Positions 32,619-41,348 of a DNA stretch of 42,520 nucleotides are shown here, one piece after another. Under the pieces are notes generated by a model, which saw only the letters and a list, made by a program, of their open reading frames with translations, was not told the origin of the DNA and made no database searches. The position numbers and the translations under genes were made by a program. Source of the stretch: an uncultured Planctomycetales bacterium (GTDB taxonomy: Bacteria; Planctomycetota; Phycisphaerae; UBA1845; PWPN01); NCBI GenBank assembly GCA_964617025.1, contig CAZTVU010000015.1, positions 1-42,520 of the forward strand. The letters are read 5' to 3'. Positions within the stretch are counted from its first letter, which is position 1, and each line of letters starts with the position of its first letter.

Positions 32619-33635
32619 ATGCCACTCGTACCCATGCGCATCCTGCTCGACCATGCGGCGGAGAACAACTACGGCGTCGCCGCGTTCAACGTCAACAACA
32701 TGGAGCAGATCCAGGCCATCATGATGGCCGCCGTCGAGACCGATTCGCCGGTCATCGTCCAGGCCTCGCGCGGAGCCCGCGCCTATACCAACGACGCCTA
32801 CCTCCGCCACCTGATGCTCGCCGCCGCCGAGCTTCACCCAAGCATTCCCATCGCCATGCACCAGGATCACGGCAACTCGCCCGCCACCTGTTTCAGCGCG
32901 ATCGAGCAGGGCTTCACCTCCGTGATGATGGACGGCTCGCTCCTGGAGGACGGCAAGACCGCGTCCACCTACGAGTACAACGTCCGCGTCACCCGGCAGG
33001 TCGTCGAGGCCGCCCACGCCAAGGGCGTCACCGTCGAGGGCGAGATCGGCGTACTCGGCGGGATCGAGGACGGCCACGGTGCCGGCGGCACCGGTCTCGA
33101 GCACGTCACCGACCCCGCCCAGGCGGAACAGTTCGTCCGCGACACCGGCGTGGATGCCCTCGCCGTCGCCATCGGCACAAGCCACGGCGCCTACAAGTTC
33201 ACCCGGAAGCCGACCGGCGAGGTCCTCAAGATGGACATCATCGAGGCCATCCACAAGCGTCTCCCCAACTGCCACATGGTCATGCACGGCTCATCGAGCG
33301 TGCCGCAGGAGCTCCTGGAGATCATTCGCAAGTACGGCGGCGAGATGAAGGAGACCTACGGCGTGCCCGTCGAGGAGATCCAGCGGGGCATCAAGCACGG
33401 CGTCCGCAAGATCAACGTGGACACGGACAACCGCCTCGCGATGACCGGCGCGATCCGCAAGGTCTTTGCCGAGAAGCCGGGCGAGTTCGACCCGCGCCAC
33501 TACCTCGGCCCCGCGCGCGAGGCGATGAAGAAGGAGTGCGTCGCCCGCATGGTCGCCTTCGGCCAGGCCGGCAACGCCGGCAAGATCAAGCCGGTCACCT
33601 GCCGCGAGATGGTGGCCTTCTATCAGAAGAAGTGA
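32619..33635 (+). CDS. fba: class II fructose-1,6-bisphosphate aldolase
   Basis: I moved the start to ATG 32619 ([27 protein letters not shown]). Blocks [25 protein letters not shown] and VMHGSSSVP are diagnostic. Confidence 0.93.
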   Translation: MPLVPMRILLDHAAENNYGVAAFNVNNMEQIQAIMMAAVETDSPVIVQASRGARAYTNDAYLRHLMLAAAELHPSIPIAMHQDHGNSPATCFSAIEQGFTSVMMDGSLLEDGKTASTYEYNVRVTRQVVEAAHAKGVTVEGEIGVLGGIEDGHGAGGTGLEHVTDPAQAEQFVRDTGVDALAVAIGTSHGAYKFTRKPTGEVLKMDIIEAIHKRLPNCHMVMHGSSSVPQELLEIIRKYGGEMKETYGVPVEEIQRGIKHGVRKINVDTDNRLAMTGAIRKVFAEKPGEFDPRHYLGPAREAMKKECVARMVAFGQAGNAGKIKPVTCREMVAFYQKK

Positions 33636-33706
33636 CGGCACCGGCCGCCCCGTGTCCGGTCCCGCCCGCCGGGCATTGCCTGTGCGCATCCGACGAGCCC
33701 GCCGAG

Positions 33707-33740
33707 GCGCGTGCTGCGTCCGAGGATGGAAGGCACGCGC
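33707..33740. terminator. hairpin in the convergent fba / flavoprotein gap (bidirectional terminator candidate)
   Basis: GCGCGTGC (33707-33714) pairs with GCACGCGC (33733-33740), with an 18-nt loop. It abuts the stop of the minus-strand gene. Confidence 0.25.
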
Positions 33741-35003
33741 TCACAGCTCCGCCGCGCGCGCCGCGATTGCATGGCCCGCCACCCATGCGCTCGACCACGC
33801 CCACTGGAAATTGAACCCCCCGACACGTCCGTCCACGTCGAGGATCTCCCCGACCAGGTAAAGCCCGGCACAGGCCCGGGACTCCATCGTGGCCGCGTCC
33901 ACCTCCTCGAGCGGGACGCCGCCCGCGGTGACCTCCGCATGCCGGTAGCCGCGGCTCTCGCGCACAGGCAGCGGCCATGCCGTCATCGCCTGCGCCAGCT
34001 TTCGCCGGTCCTCCTTCGACAGATGCGCCAGCGGGATGTGACCCGCGATCCCGATCGCCTCGAGCACCGCCTCGCCGACGCGCGCCGGCACGAGATGCGT
34101 CAGCCCCCCGCGCAGCGATGCCCGCGGGTGGTCGGCGGCGAGCGAGATCAGACGCCGCTCCGCCGCCGCGGCGTCGTCCTCCGGCAGGAAGCTCGCCGTG
34201 ACGCGGACGGCCCGTCCCTCCAGCCTCGCCCGGTGCCAGAACCGCGAGGCATCCAGCACAACCGGTCCGCTGACGCCGAAGTGCGTCCAGAGCAGCGGAC
34301 CTCGCAGCCGTGCCGGCCGGACCCCCTCCGCACGGACCTCCACCGACGCCTCGTGCGAGATGCCCGAGAGCCTCGCGTGAAAGTCGCCGTCGAGCACCAG
34401 CGGCACGAGCGCCGGCGTCGTCGGCACGACCGAGTGCCCCAACGCCGCCGCCAGACGATAGCCGCTGCCGTCGCTGCCCGTTCCCGGCAGCGACATCCCG
34501 CCCGTCGCCAGCACGACCCGCCGCGCGATCCACGCGCCGGACGTCGTGGCGATCGCGAACCCCTCGTCCCGCACCTCGATCCGCTCCACCCGGCATCGGG
34601 GCACCACGCGCACGCCGACCCGCATCGCCTCGCCGAGCAGCGCGTCGAGCACCGTCCGCGCGCGGTTGGAATCGGGAAAGAGCCTGCCCCGATCCTCCTC
34701 GTGGAGCGGCACGCCGATCTCGCGGAAGAAGGCCACCGTCCGATCGACCGGAAACGCCCGCAGCACGCGGCGAATCAGGTGACGGTTGCCGCCGGGGAAG
34801 TCGTCCGGCGTCACGGCCGCATTGGTGACGTTGCATCGCCCCCCGCCGCTGACCAGGATCTTCGCGCCCACCGAACGGGCGCCGTCGAGGATCACAATGG
34901 ACCCGGGACGATGCCGCGCGGCAAAAATCGCCGTCGCCAGCCCCGCGGCCCCGCCGCCGACCACCAGTGTCGCGGCCGTTCGCCTGTCCGCATCCTCACG
35001 CAT
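33741..35003 (-). CDS. HI0933/BaiN-family NAD(P)/FAD-dependent oxidoreductase
   Basis: LVVGGGAAGLATAIFA dinucleotide fold, KILVSGGGRCNVTN, and C-terminal GLYLVGEILDVDGRVGGFNFQWAWSSAWVAG. These are hallmark blocks of this family. Confidence 0.85.
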   Translation of the reverse strand: MREDADRRTAATLVVGGGAAGLATAIFAARHRPGSIVILDGARSVGAKILVSGGGRCNVTNAAVTPDDFPGGNRHLIRRVLRAFPVDRTVAFFREIGVPLHEEDRGRLFPDSNRARTVLDALLGEAMRVGVRVVPRCRVERIEVRDEGFAIATTSGAWIARRVVLATGGMSLPGTGSDGSGYRLAAALGHSVVPTTPALVPLVLDGDFHARLSGISHEASVEVRAEGVRPARLRGPLLWTHFGVSGPVVLDASRFWHRARLEGRAVRVTASFLPEDDAAAAERRLISLAADHPRASLRGGLTHLVPARVGEAVLEAIGIAGHIPLAHLSKEDRRKLAQAMTAWPLPVRESRGYRHAEVTAGGVPLEEVDAATMESRACAGLYLVGEILDVDGRVGGFNFQWAWSSAWVAGHAIAARAAEL

Positions 35004-35135
35004 CGCACCGCCCGCGCCGACGAATGGCCTGCCCCCGCCCCGCGGTCGCCGCCCGCCCGGTAGTCTACCGCCGCGGGCGTTCCGCGGTCACGCCGGTCGG
35101 TTCTCCCGACCCTCGCCGCCGCGGCGACGCCCCCA

Positions 35136-35141
35136 TACAAT
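35136..35141 (+). promoter_or_regulatory. -10 box candidate (TACAAT) placed 7 nt before the DUF5009-type gene ATG (leaderless geometry)
   Basis: TACAAT-ATCGGGC-ATG. There is no SD. Confidence 0.3.
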
Positions 35142-35148
35142 ATCGGGC

Positions 35149-36297
35149 ATGGCCACCAGCACCTACCCCGTGGCGTCCGCGGCCCTCGAGCCCTCGCGGT
35201 TTCCGCCGAACCGGCTCATGTCTCTCGACGCCCTGCGCGGGTTCGACATGTTCTGGATCATCGGCGGCGCCACGGTCGTCGAGGCGCTCGCGAAGGCCAC
35301 GCAACGGCCCTGGCTCACGCGCCTCGCCGAACAGGCCGAACATGTGCCCTGGGACGGGTTTCACCTGATCGATCTCGTGTTCCCGCTCTTCATCTTCATC
35401 GCCGGCGCGGCCATGCCGTTCTCGCTGACGGCCAGGCTGGAGCGGGGCGAGGCCAAGCGGGCGCTTTATTGGCGGGTGATTCGACGGGCCGTGCTGCTCG
35501 TCCTGCTGGGGATGTTGTACAACGGCTTTCTCCGTTTCGACTGGCCCAACACCCGATACCCCAGCGTCCTGGGCCGGATCGGTCTGGCCTACGGGTTCGC
35601 CGCGATCATCGTGCTGAACACCCGCGTGCGCGGGCAGGTGCTGTGGTTCGCGGGCCTGCTGCTGGGCTACTGGGCCGCGATGAAGCTCATCCCCGTTCCC
35701 GGCCACGGCGCCGGCGTGCTGACGATGGAGGGAAGCCTTGCCGGCTTCATCGACCGCCACCTGATCCCCGGAAAACTCTATCGCGGCGTCCACGACCCCG
35801 AGGGGCTCCTCTCGACGATCCCGTCGATCGGGACGGCCCTGCTCGGCGCCCTGGCCGGCCACTGGCTGCGGTACGCTCGCGGAGCGGGGTTTCTGCAGGC
35901 GCTGTTGCTCATCGCGGCCGGCGCCGCGTGTATCGGGCTGGCGAAGCTGTGGAACGGCTGGTTTCCGATCAACAAGAACCTCTGGTCCAGCTCGTTCGTC
36001 CTCTACGCCGGGGGCTGGAGCCTGATGCTGCTGGCGGTCTTCTACCTGCTGATCGACGTGTGGGGCTTTCGGCGGTGGGCGTTCTTCTTCGTGGTCATCG
36101 GCCTGAACCCCATCACGATCTACTTCACGAACGGGCGGCTCATCGATTACAACGCACCGGTCCACTTCCTCTTCGACGGCGCCCTGCGATACGTGGCCGA
36201 GCCCTGGCGCCCCGTCCTCTTCGGCCTCGGCGTGATCGCCGTCGAGTGGCTCTTCCTGTACTTCCTCTACCGGAAACGGGTGTTCCTGCGGGTCTGA
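35149..36297 (+). CDS. DUF5009 / heparan-alpha-glucosaminide N-acetyltransferase-like membrane acyltransferase
   Basis: I moved the start to ATG 35149. RLMSLDALRGFDMFWIIG, DLVFPLFIFIAGAAMPFS and INKNLWSSSFVLYAGGW, across about 10 TM helices. Confidence 0.75.
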   Translation: MATSTYPVASAALEPSRFPPNRLMSLDALRGFDMFWIIGGATVVEALAKATQRPWLTRLAEQAEHVPWDGFHLIDLVFPLFIFIAGAAMPFSLTARLERGEAKRALYWRVIRRAVLLVLLGMLYNGFLRFDWPNTRYPSVLGRIGLAYGFAAIIVLNTRVRGQVLWFAGLLLGYWAAMKLIPVPGHGAGVLTMEGSLAGFIDRHLIPGKLYRGVHDPEGLLSTIPSIGTALLGALAGHWLRYARGAGFLQALLLIAAGAACIGLAKLWNGWFPINKNLWSSSFVLYAGGWSLMLLAVFYLLIDVWGFRRWAFFFVVIGLNPITIYFTNGRLIDYNAPVHFLFDGALRYVAEPWRPVLFGLGVIAVEWLFLYFLYRKRVFLRV

Positions 36298-36321
36298 TCC
36301 GAACGAAAGCGAAGCGAGCCT

Positions 36322-37278
36322 ATGCGCTACACGCAACTGGGACGACGCGGACCGACGGTCTCCACGATCGGCTTCGGCTCCTGGGCCATCGGCGGGATGA
36401 ACTGGGGCAGGACCGATGACGAGGTCTCCCGCCGCGCCCTGCACGCGGCTCTCGACGCCGGCGTCACGTTCATCGACACGGCCGACGTGTACGGCTTCGG
36501 CCACTCGGAGGAGCTGATCGCCCAGGTCCTCCGCGAGCGGCGCGGCACGCCCGTGGTCATCGCGACGAAGGCCGGCAACGATTTTCACAACACGACCCGG
36601 GACGACGACAAGGGCTACGGCGCGATCCGTCAGAACTACGACAAGGACTACATCCTCCGCGCCGCCGAGCAGAGCCTCCGGCGGCTGCGCGTCGACGCCC
36701 TCGACATCCTCCAACTGCACAGCCCCGATCCCGTTCATGTGAAGCGCGACGACCCCTGGGAGGCCCTCGACCTGCTCAAGCGGCAAGGCAAAATCCGCCA
36801 CGCCGGGTGGAGCGTCCAGTCCTTTCGAGAGACGGAGCAAACCTCCGTCCTCGACGCCCGCCGCGACCTGCTCGACTGCATCCAGGCCCGCTACAACCTG
36901 CTGGAGCGCGAGGCCGAGAAGACCCTGTTCCCCAAGGCGCAGGAACTCGGCATCGGCGTCATCGTCCGCATCCCCATCCTGTTCGGGCTGCTTTCCGGCA
37001 AGTTCACCCGCCAGAGCCGCTTCGGCGAGGACGACCACCGGCGATTCAACCTGTCGCCGGAGAAGCTGCCGCAGTACCTCGACCGCTTCGAACGGCTCCG
37101 CCCGTGGTTCGACCGCTTTCCCGGCCAGAGCACGACGCAGGTAAGCCTGCGGTTCTGCCTCTCGCACCCGGCGTGCCACACGGCCATCCCCGGCGCGAAG
37201 ACGCCGGAGCAGGTCGCGGAGAACTGCGCGGCGAGCGACCTCGGCCCGATCCCGGCACAGGATCTCCCGCCGCTGTAA
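36322..37278 (+). CDS. aldo/keto reductase
   Basis: LGFGSWAIGG, FIDTADVYGFGHSEELIA, LDILQLHSPD, and C-terminal IPGAKTPEQVAEN. Confidence 0.9.
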   Translation: MRYTQLGRRGPTVSTIGFGSWAIGGMNWGRTDDEVSRRALHAALDAGVTFIDTADVYGFGHSEELIAQVLRERRGTPVVIATKAGNDFHNTTRDDDKGYGAIRQNYDKDYILRAAEQSLRRLRVDALDILQLHSPDPVHVKRDDPWEALDLLKRQGKIRHAGWSVQSFRETEQTSVLDARRDLLDCIQARYNLLEREAEKTLFPKAQELGIGVIVRIPILFGLLSGKFTRQSRFGEDDHRRFNLSPEKLPQYLDRFERLRPWFDRFPGQSTTQVSLRFCLSHPACHTAIPGAKTPEQVAENCAASDLGPIPAQDLPPL

Positions 37279-37296
37279 GGACCGCCGCGCCGGCCG

Positions 37297-39477
37297 TCAG
37301 TGTGTGATCTCGACGCGAACGCCCTCGGGATGATTGGGGAAGCGCAGACGGACCGTCGGACCGTCCGAGCGCGAGTCGACGGCGACTTCGCGGCCATCCT
37401 TCGTGCGCCCCGCGACCTGTCGCACCGGCCGCCCCCCCAGGCGAACGCGGACCACCGCGGGCGTCTCAGCCGGGCCGCGGATCTCGAACCGCAACACGCC
37501 GCCGGTCCGCTCCTCCGACATCAGCCGGTGCGTGCAGTGCAGGACGCGCGGCAGCGGATCCCCACCCGCTGCGTCAAGGACCGCGGTCACGTCGCGATAC
37601 ACGCCGCCGTGGCCGGCTTCCAGCCGAACGCCGTCGAGCACCGGCAGCTCCGGATCCCATACATCGATCAGCCGGCCCGGCACGGTCAGCGGCGACCGCG
37701 TGGCCTGCGCGATCACGAACGGCCCACGCCGCATGCAGAAGTAACCCGGCGCCGCCAGGCCGCCCGGCAGACCCGCCTTGCGCAGGCCCGCCTCCACGAG
37801 CGGGAGGTACTGCTCGCGGGCGACGGCCGGGTCGCCGAACCGCCTCGGTGAGATGGATCGCCGGGCCACCCAGCCCTTGCCCACGGTCCAGTCGCCGTCC
37901 TCCCGTGATCCCACGCCCAACTCGGCCAGCAGGTGGTGCATCGGCGAGTCAAAGCCGGCCGTACGCCACCACATCGGCGCCCCGCCGAGGTCATCCGCCG
38001 CTCCCAGGAGGATCAGCGATCCGCCCCGCTTGACCCAGGCCGCCAGTGCGGCGTGCATCTTCGCGTCGGTCGGTTTGAAGCTCTCGTGGGAGAGCACGAT
38101 CACGCGGAAGCGAGCCAGATACCTCGCGTCGCCGCACCGCTCCATCAGGCACGCGGCGACCGGCACGCCCCCATGAACCAGCGGCACGAACTGGCCGTAC
38201 AGGTCCTGCAGCTTCGGCGGCTGCCGGCGCTCGTACATCGCCGAATCGGCTACCGCCACGCCGACGCCCTCCGTCGGCCCCGGCGACGGCGTCGCGCACC
38301 ACCGGCTGCCCTCCGGCACATCCTGAAGCACCTGCGTGGCCGACAGCGTCAGGATGCGAAACCGCTCCGGCGCGGGCGTCTTGCCGCCGGTCTCGAAGCC
38401 GGGCAGGAAGATTCGATCCGGCCACGGCATGACCTCGTACATGACCGTCCCGGGGCAAAGCAGCATCGCCGTGACGCACCGGCGATACCAGATCTCGAAC
38501 TCCTCCCAGGTGTGCCGGGGGTCGTCCTCGACCGGGTCGACGAGCAGCCACATCCGCCGGTTGCCGCCGGCCACGAGCTGCGCGAAGTAGTCGTAGAGGA
38601 CGTGCGCGGAGTCGAAGAACGACTTCTCCGGCGAATCGTAGTTGGCGAGGGCCCAGTTGACCGGCCCCGTCCAGACCTGCCCGATGTAGCCGTCGATCAT
38701 GGGCGTTTCGATCGATGTACCCAGCGGCGCGACGAGGTGCGAGGCGATGTTGCTGTACAGGCCGTGCACCGGCATGATGAATGGGATGCGGCGATTGAGC
38801 CGACGACCGTGCTCGGCCGTCACCTCCGCCAGCCGGCGCTCCAGTTCGAGGTAAAGCTCGCTCTTGAGCTGCGCGGTCAGGAACCGCGCCTCGGCCGACG
38901 CGCTCTCCGGCTCCCAGGGCCGGCCGTACCGCCGGGCCCACAGTTCGTGAAAGGCCTTCTCGTAGCCGGTGAAGACGTGCGCGAGCGGCTCCTCCGGCAG
39001 GATCGCGTCGGCCCCGGCCTCGACCGACAGTCGGACCTGCTCCTCGCAATACCGTATCCAGCCCTCGGTCGGGAGCATGTAAGGGCGAATCCCCGCGCAC
39101 CGCATGACCTCGCCGGTGGCGTTGCGTTCGACTTCATCGAGACGCGGCGTGCCGTCCCACTTGCCCGACCAGTACGCGTTGGCGGCGTCGGAGTCGGCGA
39201 AAAACATCCGGCCCACCGGCCAGCCGCGCTGCTTCCACGAACCGATGGCCTTGCGAAGCGTCGCGAGGTCGTCGCCGTGGCGGTGGACAATAACGGCGTC
39301 CACGGCAATCGCCAATCGCGGATCGAAGGGGAGGTTCGTCTGAAAAACCGTCTTCGCGTTCAGGAACGGGACCGGCCCGTGCGGCTCGGCCGCGACGACG
39401 ACCGAGAAGAGTCCGAGCAGGCCCGCGATCGCTGCGCCGAGGACGCCGACGGCCGGCAATGTGCGTGAGTTCGGCAT
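37297..39477 (-). CDS. secreted hypothetical protein, distant glycoside-hydrolase-like three-domain architecture
   Basis: I moved the start to ATG 39477 (MPNSRTLPAVGVLGAAIAGLLGLFSVVVAAEP signal). The composition is normal and GC3 is high. The middle block RFRVIVLSHESFKPTDAKMHAALAAWVKRGGSLILLGAADDLG resembles a GATase1-like/GH42M-type domain. The C-terminal part is beta-rich. I do not recognise a family. Confidence 0.7.
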   Translation of the reverse strand: MPNSRTLPAVGVLGAAIAGLLGLFSVVVAAEPHGPVPFLNAKTVFQTNLPFDPRLAIAVDAVIVHRHGDDLATLRKAIGSWKQRGWPVGRMFFADSDAANAYWSGKWDGTPRLDEVERNATGEVMRCAGIRPYMLPTEGWIRYCEEQVRLSVEAGADAILPEEPLAHVFTGYEKAFHELWARRYGRPWEPESASAEARFLTAQLKSELYLELERRLAEVTAEHGRRLNRRIPFIMPVHGLYSNIASHLVAPLGTSIETPMIDGYIGQVWTGPVNWALANYDSPEKSFFDSAHVLYDYFAQLVAGGNRRMWLLVDPVEDDPRHTWEEFEIWYRRCVTAMLLCPGTVMYEVMPWPDRIFLPGFETGGKTPAPERFRILTLSATQVLQDVPEGSRWCATPSPGPTEGVGVAVADSAMYERRQPPKLQDLYGQFVPLVHGGVPVAACLMERCGDARYLARFRVIVLSHESFKPTDAKMHAALAAWVKRGGSLILLGAADDLGGAPMWWRTAGFDSPMHHLLAELGVGSREDGDWTVGKGWVARRSISPRRFGDPAVAREQYLPLVEAGLRKAGLPGGLAAPGYFCMRRGPFVIAQATRSPLTVPGRLIDVWDPELPVLDGVRLEAGHGGVYRDVTAVLDAAGGDPLPRVLHCTHRLMSEERTGGVLRFEIRGPAETPAVVRVRLGGRPVRQVAGRTKDGREVAVDSRSDGPTVRLRFPNHPEGVRVEITH

Positions 39478-39540
39478 ACCGCCACCATAGCCGAGCGGAA
39501 AGCCTTTCGTAATCCCCGGGAAGCGCCGCGCCGCCACCGG

Positions 39541-40734
39541 TCACAACTTGTACTGCGGGATCTTCATCAGCTCGCCGTCTTTGAGCGCCGACTGATGGGC
39601 GACGATCCCGGCCACCGTCATGTTCAGGGCCTGGGCGATGTCGATCAGCGGCTTGCGGTCCTCGAGGATCGCCGTGATGAACTCGTCCATCAGATAGCCG
39701 TGTGATCCGCCGTGGCCGCCCGCCTCGACGCGCGGCGGCAGCGGAGGTCGCTGGGTCGGCGGCAGATTCTTCTCGAGGCCCTCGTACTTGCCGTAGAACG
39801 AGCCCTTCTGGCCGCGGATGCGCCCCATTTCGCCCCCCGCGCCGGGAGAATCCCAACTGACGGCCATCCGGGCCATCCCGCCTTCACTGGTGCGAAACAG
39901 CGCGATCTCGGTGCCGAAGGGGTTCTTGTAACGGTTGTTCGCGGCCTGCAGCCACGGGATGCGGCTCGGCATGCCCATGCAGCAGACCTCCGTGAAGCTG
40001 CCGCCGCTCGCCCCGATGTAATAGGCGTTGGAGTGCGTGGGGTACCACTGCGGCGGCAGGCCCTCGCGCCAGCCCTTGTACGACGGGATCGGGTCCTGCA
40101 TGTAGTGATAGTACTCGCCCTCCGAATACACCAGCTTGCCGAAGCCGCCGGCGTTGTAGATCTGCCGCATCGCATACAGATCCGCGTGGAAGTACGACGT
40201 CTCAAACAGCATGTACTTGCGGCCGCTGGTCTTGACGGCCTCAAAAAGCTTGTCGGCCTCCTCCAGAGAGCCATACACGGCCGGCACGGCCGAAGCGACG
40301 TGCTTGCCGTGTTTGAGCACCTCGATGCAGAGCCGCGCGTGACTCGGGGCGTCGGTGGCCACGAATACCGCCTCAATGCGGTCATCCTTGACCAGCTCTT
40401 CACACGACGGATACGTCTTCTCGCAGCGAACCGCCTTGGCCAGGCCGGCGCACTTTTCCGGGTCCAGATCGCTGACCGCCACCACCTCGACGTTCGGATG
40501 GTCCTGGAAGCTGAACGCCGCACCGAACCGGCAGACGCCGTAGCCGACAATGCCCACGCGAACCTTTCGATCGGAGACGGGCTTCCAGCCCTTCGATGCG
40601 TTCGGATCGGTCGGAGCCGCCTCGAAACCCTGGATCGGCTTGTCCTCCGCAGCGCCCGCCGCCCGCAACCCCATCGCGGCAGCGCCGGCGCCAACGGCCT
40701 GCAGGAACGAACGGCGTGTCGTGGATTCGTGCAT
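39541..40734 (-). CDS. twin-arginine-exported Gfo/Idh/MocA family oxidoreductase (GH109-like architecture)
   Basis: I moved the start to ATG 40734, with GGAGGA 7 nt upstream. TAT motif STTRRSFLQAVGAGAAAMG and Rossmann fingerprint VGIVGYGVCRFG. The listed N-terminal 77 aa are spurious. Confidence 0.85.
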   Translation of the reverse strand: MHESTTRRSFLQAVGAGAAAMGLRAAGAAEDKPIQGFEAAPTDPNASKGWKPVSDRKVRVGIVGYGVCRFGAAFSFQDHPNVEVVAVSDLDPEKCAGLAKAVRCEKTYPSCEELVKDDRIEAVFVATDAPSHARLCIEVLKHGKHVASAVPAVYGSLEEADKLFEAVKTSGRKYMLFETSYFHADLYAMRQIYNAGGFGKLVYSEGEYYHYMQDPIPSYKGWREGLPPQWYPTHSNAYYIGASGGSFTEVCCMGMPSRIPWLQAANNRYKNPFGTEIALFRTSEGGMARMAVSWDSPGAGGEMGRIRGQKGSFYGKYEGLEKNLPPTQRPPLPPRVEAGGHGGSHGYLMDEFITAILEDRKPLIDIAQALNMTVAGIVAHQSALKDGELMKIPQYKL

Positions 40735-41073
40735 CGCATTGTCCTCCGTAAGCGTTCTCTCCGAATACCAGCCCTTCGCAGGGAGCCGGGCTCCTCGCGA
40801 GGCGCTGGCGGCGGCTTCTCCGCCGCTCACCGCTCGGGCAAGCCGCCCTTCCGAAGCCCGGGGCTCAGCGACGACCCGTGCTCCAACGTCGCTTCCAACG
40901 TCGAGCCGACATCTTACCGTCCCGCCGATGCCGCGGGCAACCGCGGAAGCGAAGGGCCGATCCACGCCTCGAGGTCGTCGATCGTGCAGTAGGCCATGCG
41001 GGGCAATTGTCCGCCCTCACGCCGCCGCCCGGCGTTTCCGCGCACGGCCCGTCCGGGCCCCGGGCGCCGGCCT

Positions 41074-41116
41074 GGGGTTGTTCGGGTCTCGGGTTCCGGG
41101 TTCAGGGTTTCGGGGG
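41074..41116 (+). repeat. G-tract heptad repeat (GGGTYNN x4 flanked by GGGG and GGGGG), G-quadruplex-type motif
   Basis: GGGG TTGTTC GGGTCTC GGGTTCC GGGTTCA GGGTTTC GGGGG. That is six G-runs of 3 or more, with 4-6-nt loops. It straddles the stop codon (41102-41104) of the small minus-strand ORF. Confidence 0.6.
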
Positions 41117-41347
41117 CAGGCCTCTCGGTCGGGGTTTCTCCCCGCCGCCTTCGTGCTGCTCGCCTTCCTTCTCCTCATCGATCGGCTCGAACCGGATGCC
41201 GTTATCGCCCGGGTACGGCTCCGAATGGTCGTTGTCGCCCTGAATGAATTCGTCCGGGATTCCGCCCTCAAATGCATCACATGTGATGGGTGGAACGACC
41301 CTGTGATGGAAATGCCTGCAAATGACGCATCGGGGCATCAGGAGCAC
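41102..41347 (-). CDS. small Cys/His-containing hypothetical protein (possible zinc-ribbon-like; possible partner of the upstream MuF-like gene)
   Basis: 81 aa from a GTG start with GGAGG 8 nt upstream; ATG 41338 gives 78 aa. Sequence PRCVICRHFHH...ITCDAFEGGIPDEFIQGDNDHSEPYPGDNGIRFEP, followed by an acidic then Pro-rich tail. It starts 2 nt after the upstream stop. The region is lower in GC than its surroundings. Confidence 0.55.
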   Translation of the reverse strand: MLLMPRCVICRHFHHRVVPPITCDAFEGGIPDEFIQGDNDHSEPYPGDNGIRFEPIDEEKEGEQHEGGGEKPRPRGLPPKP

Positions 41348-41348
41348 G

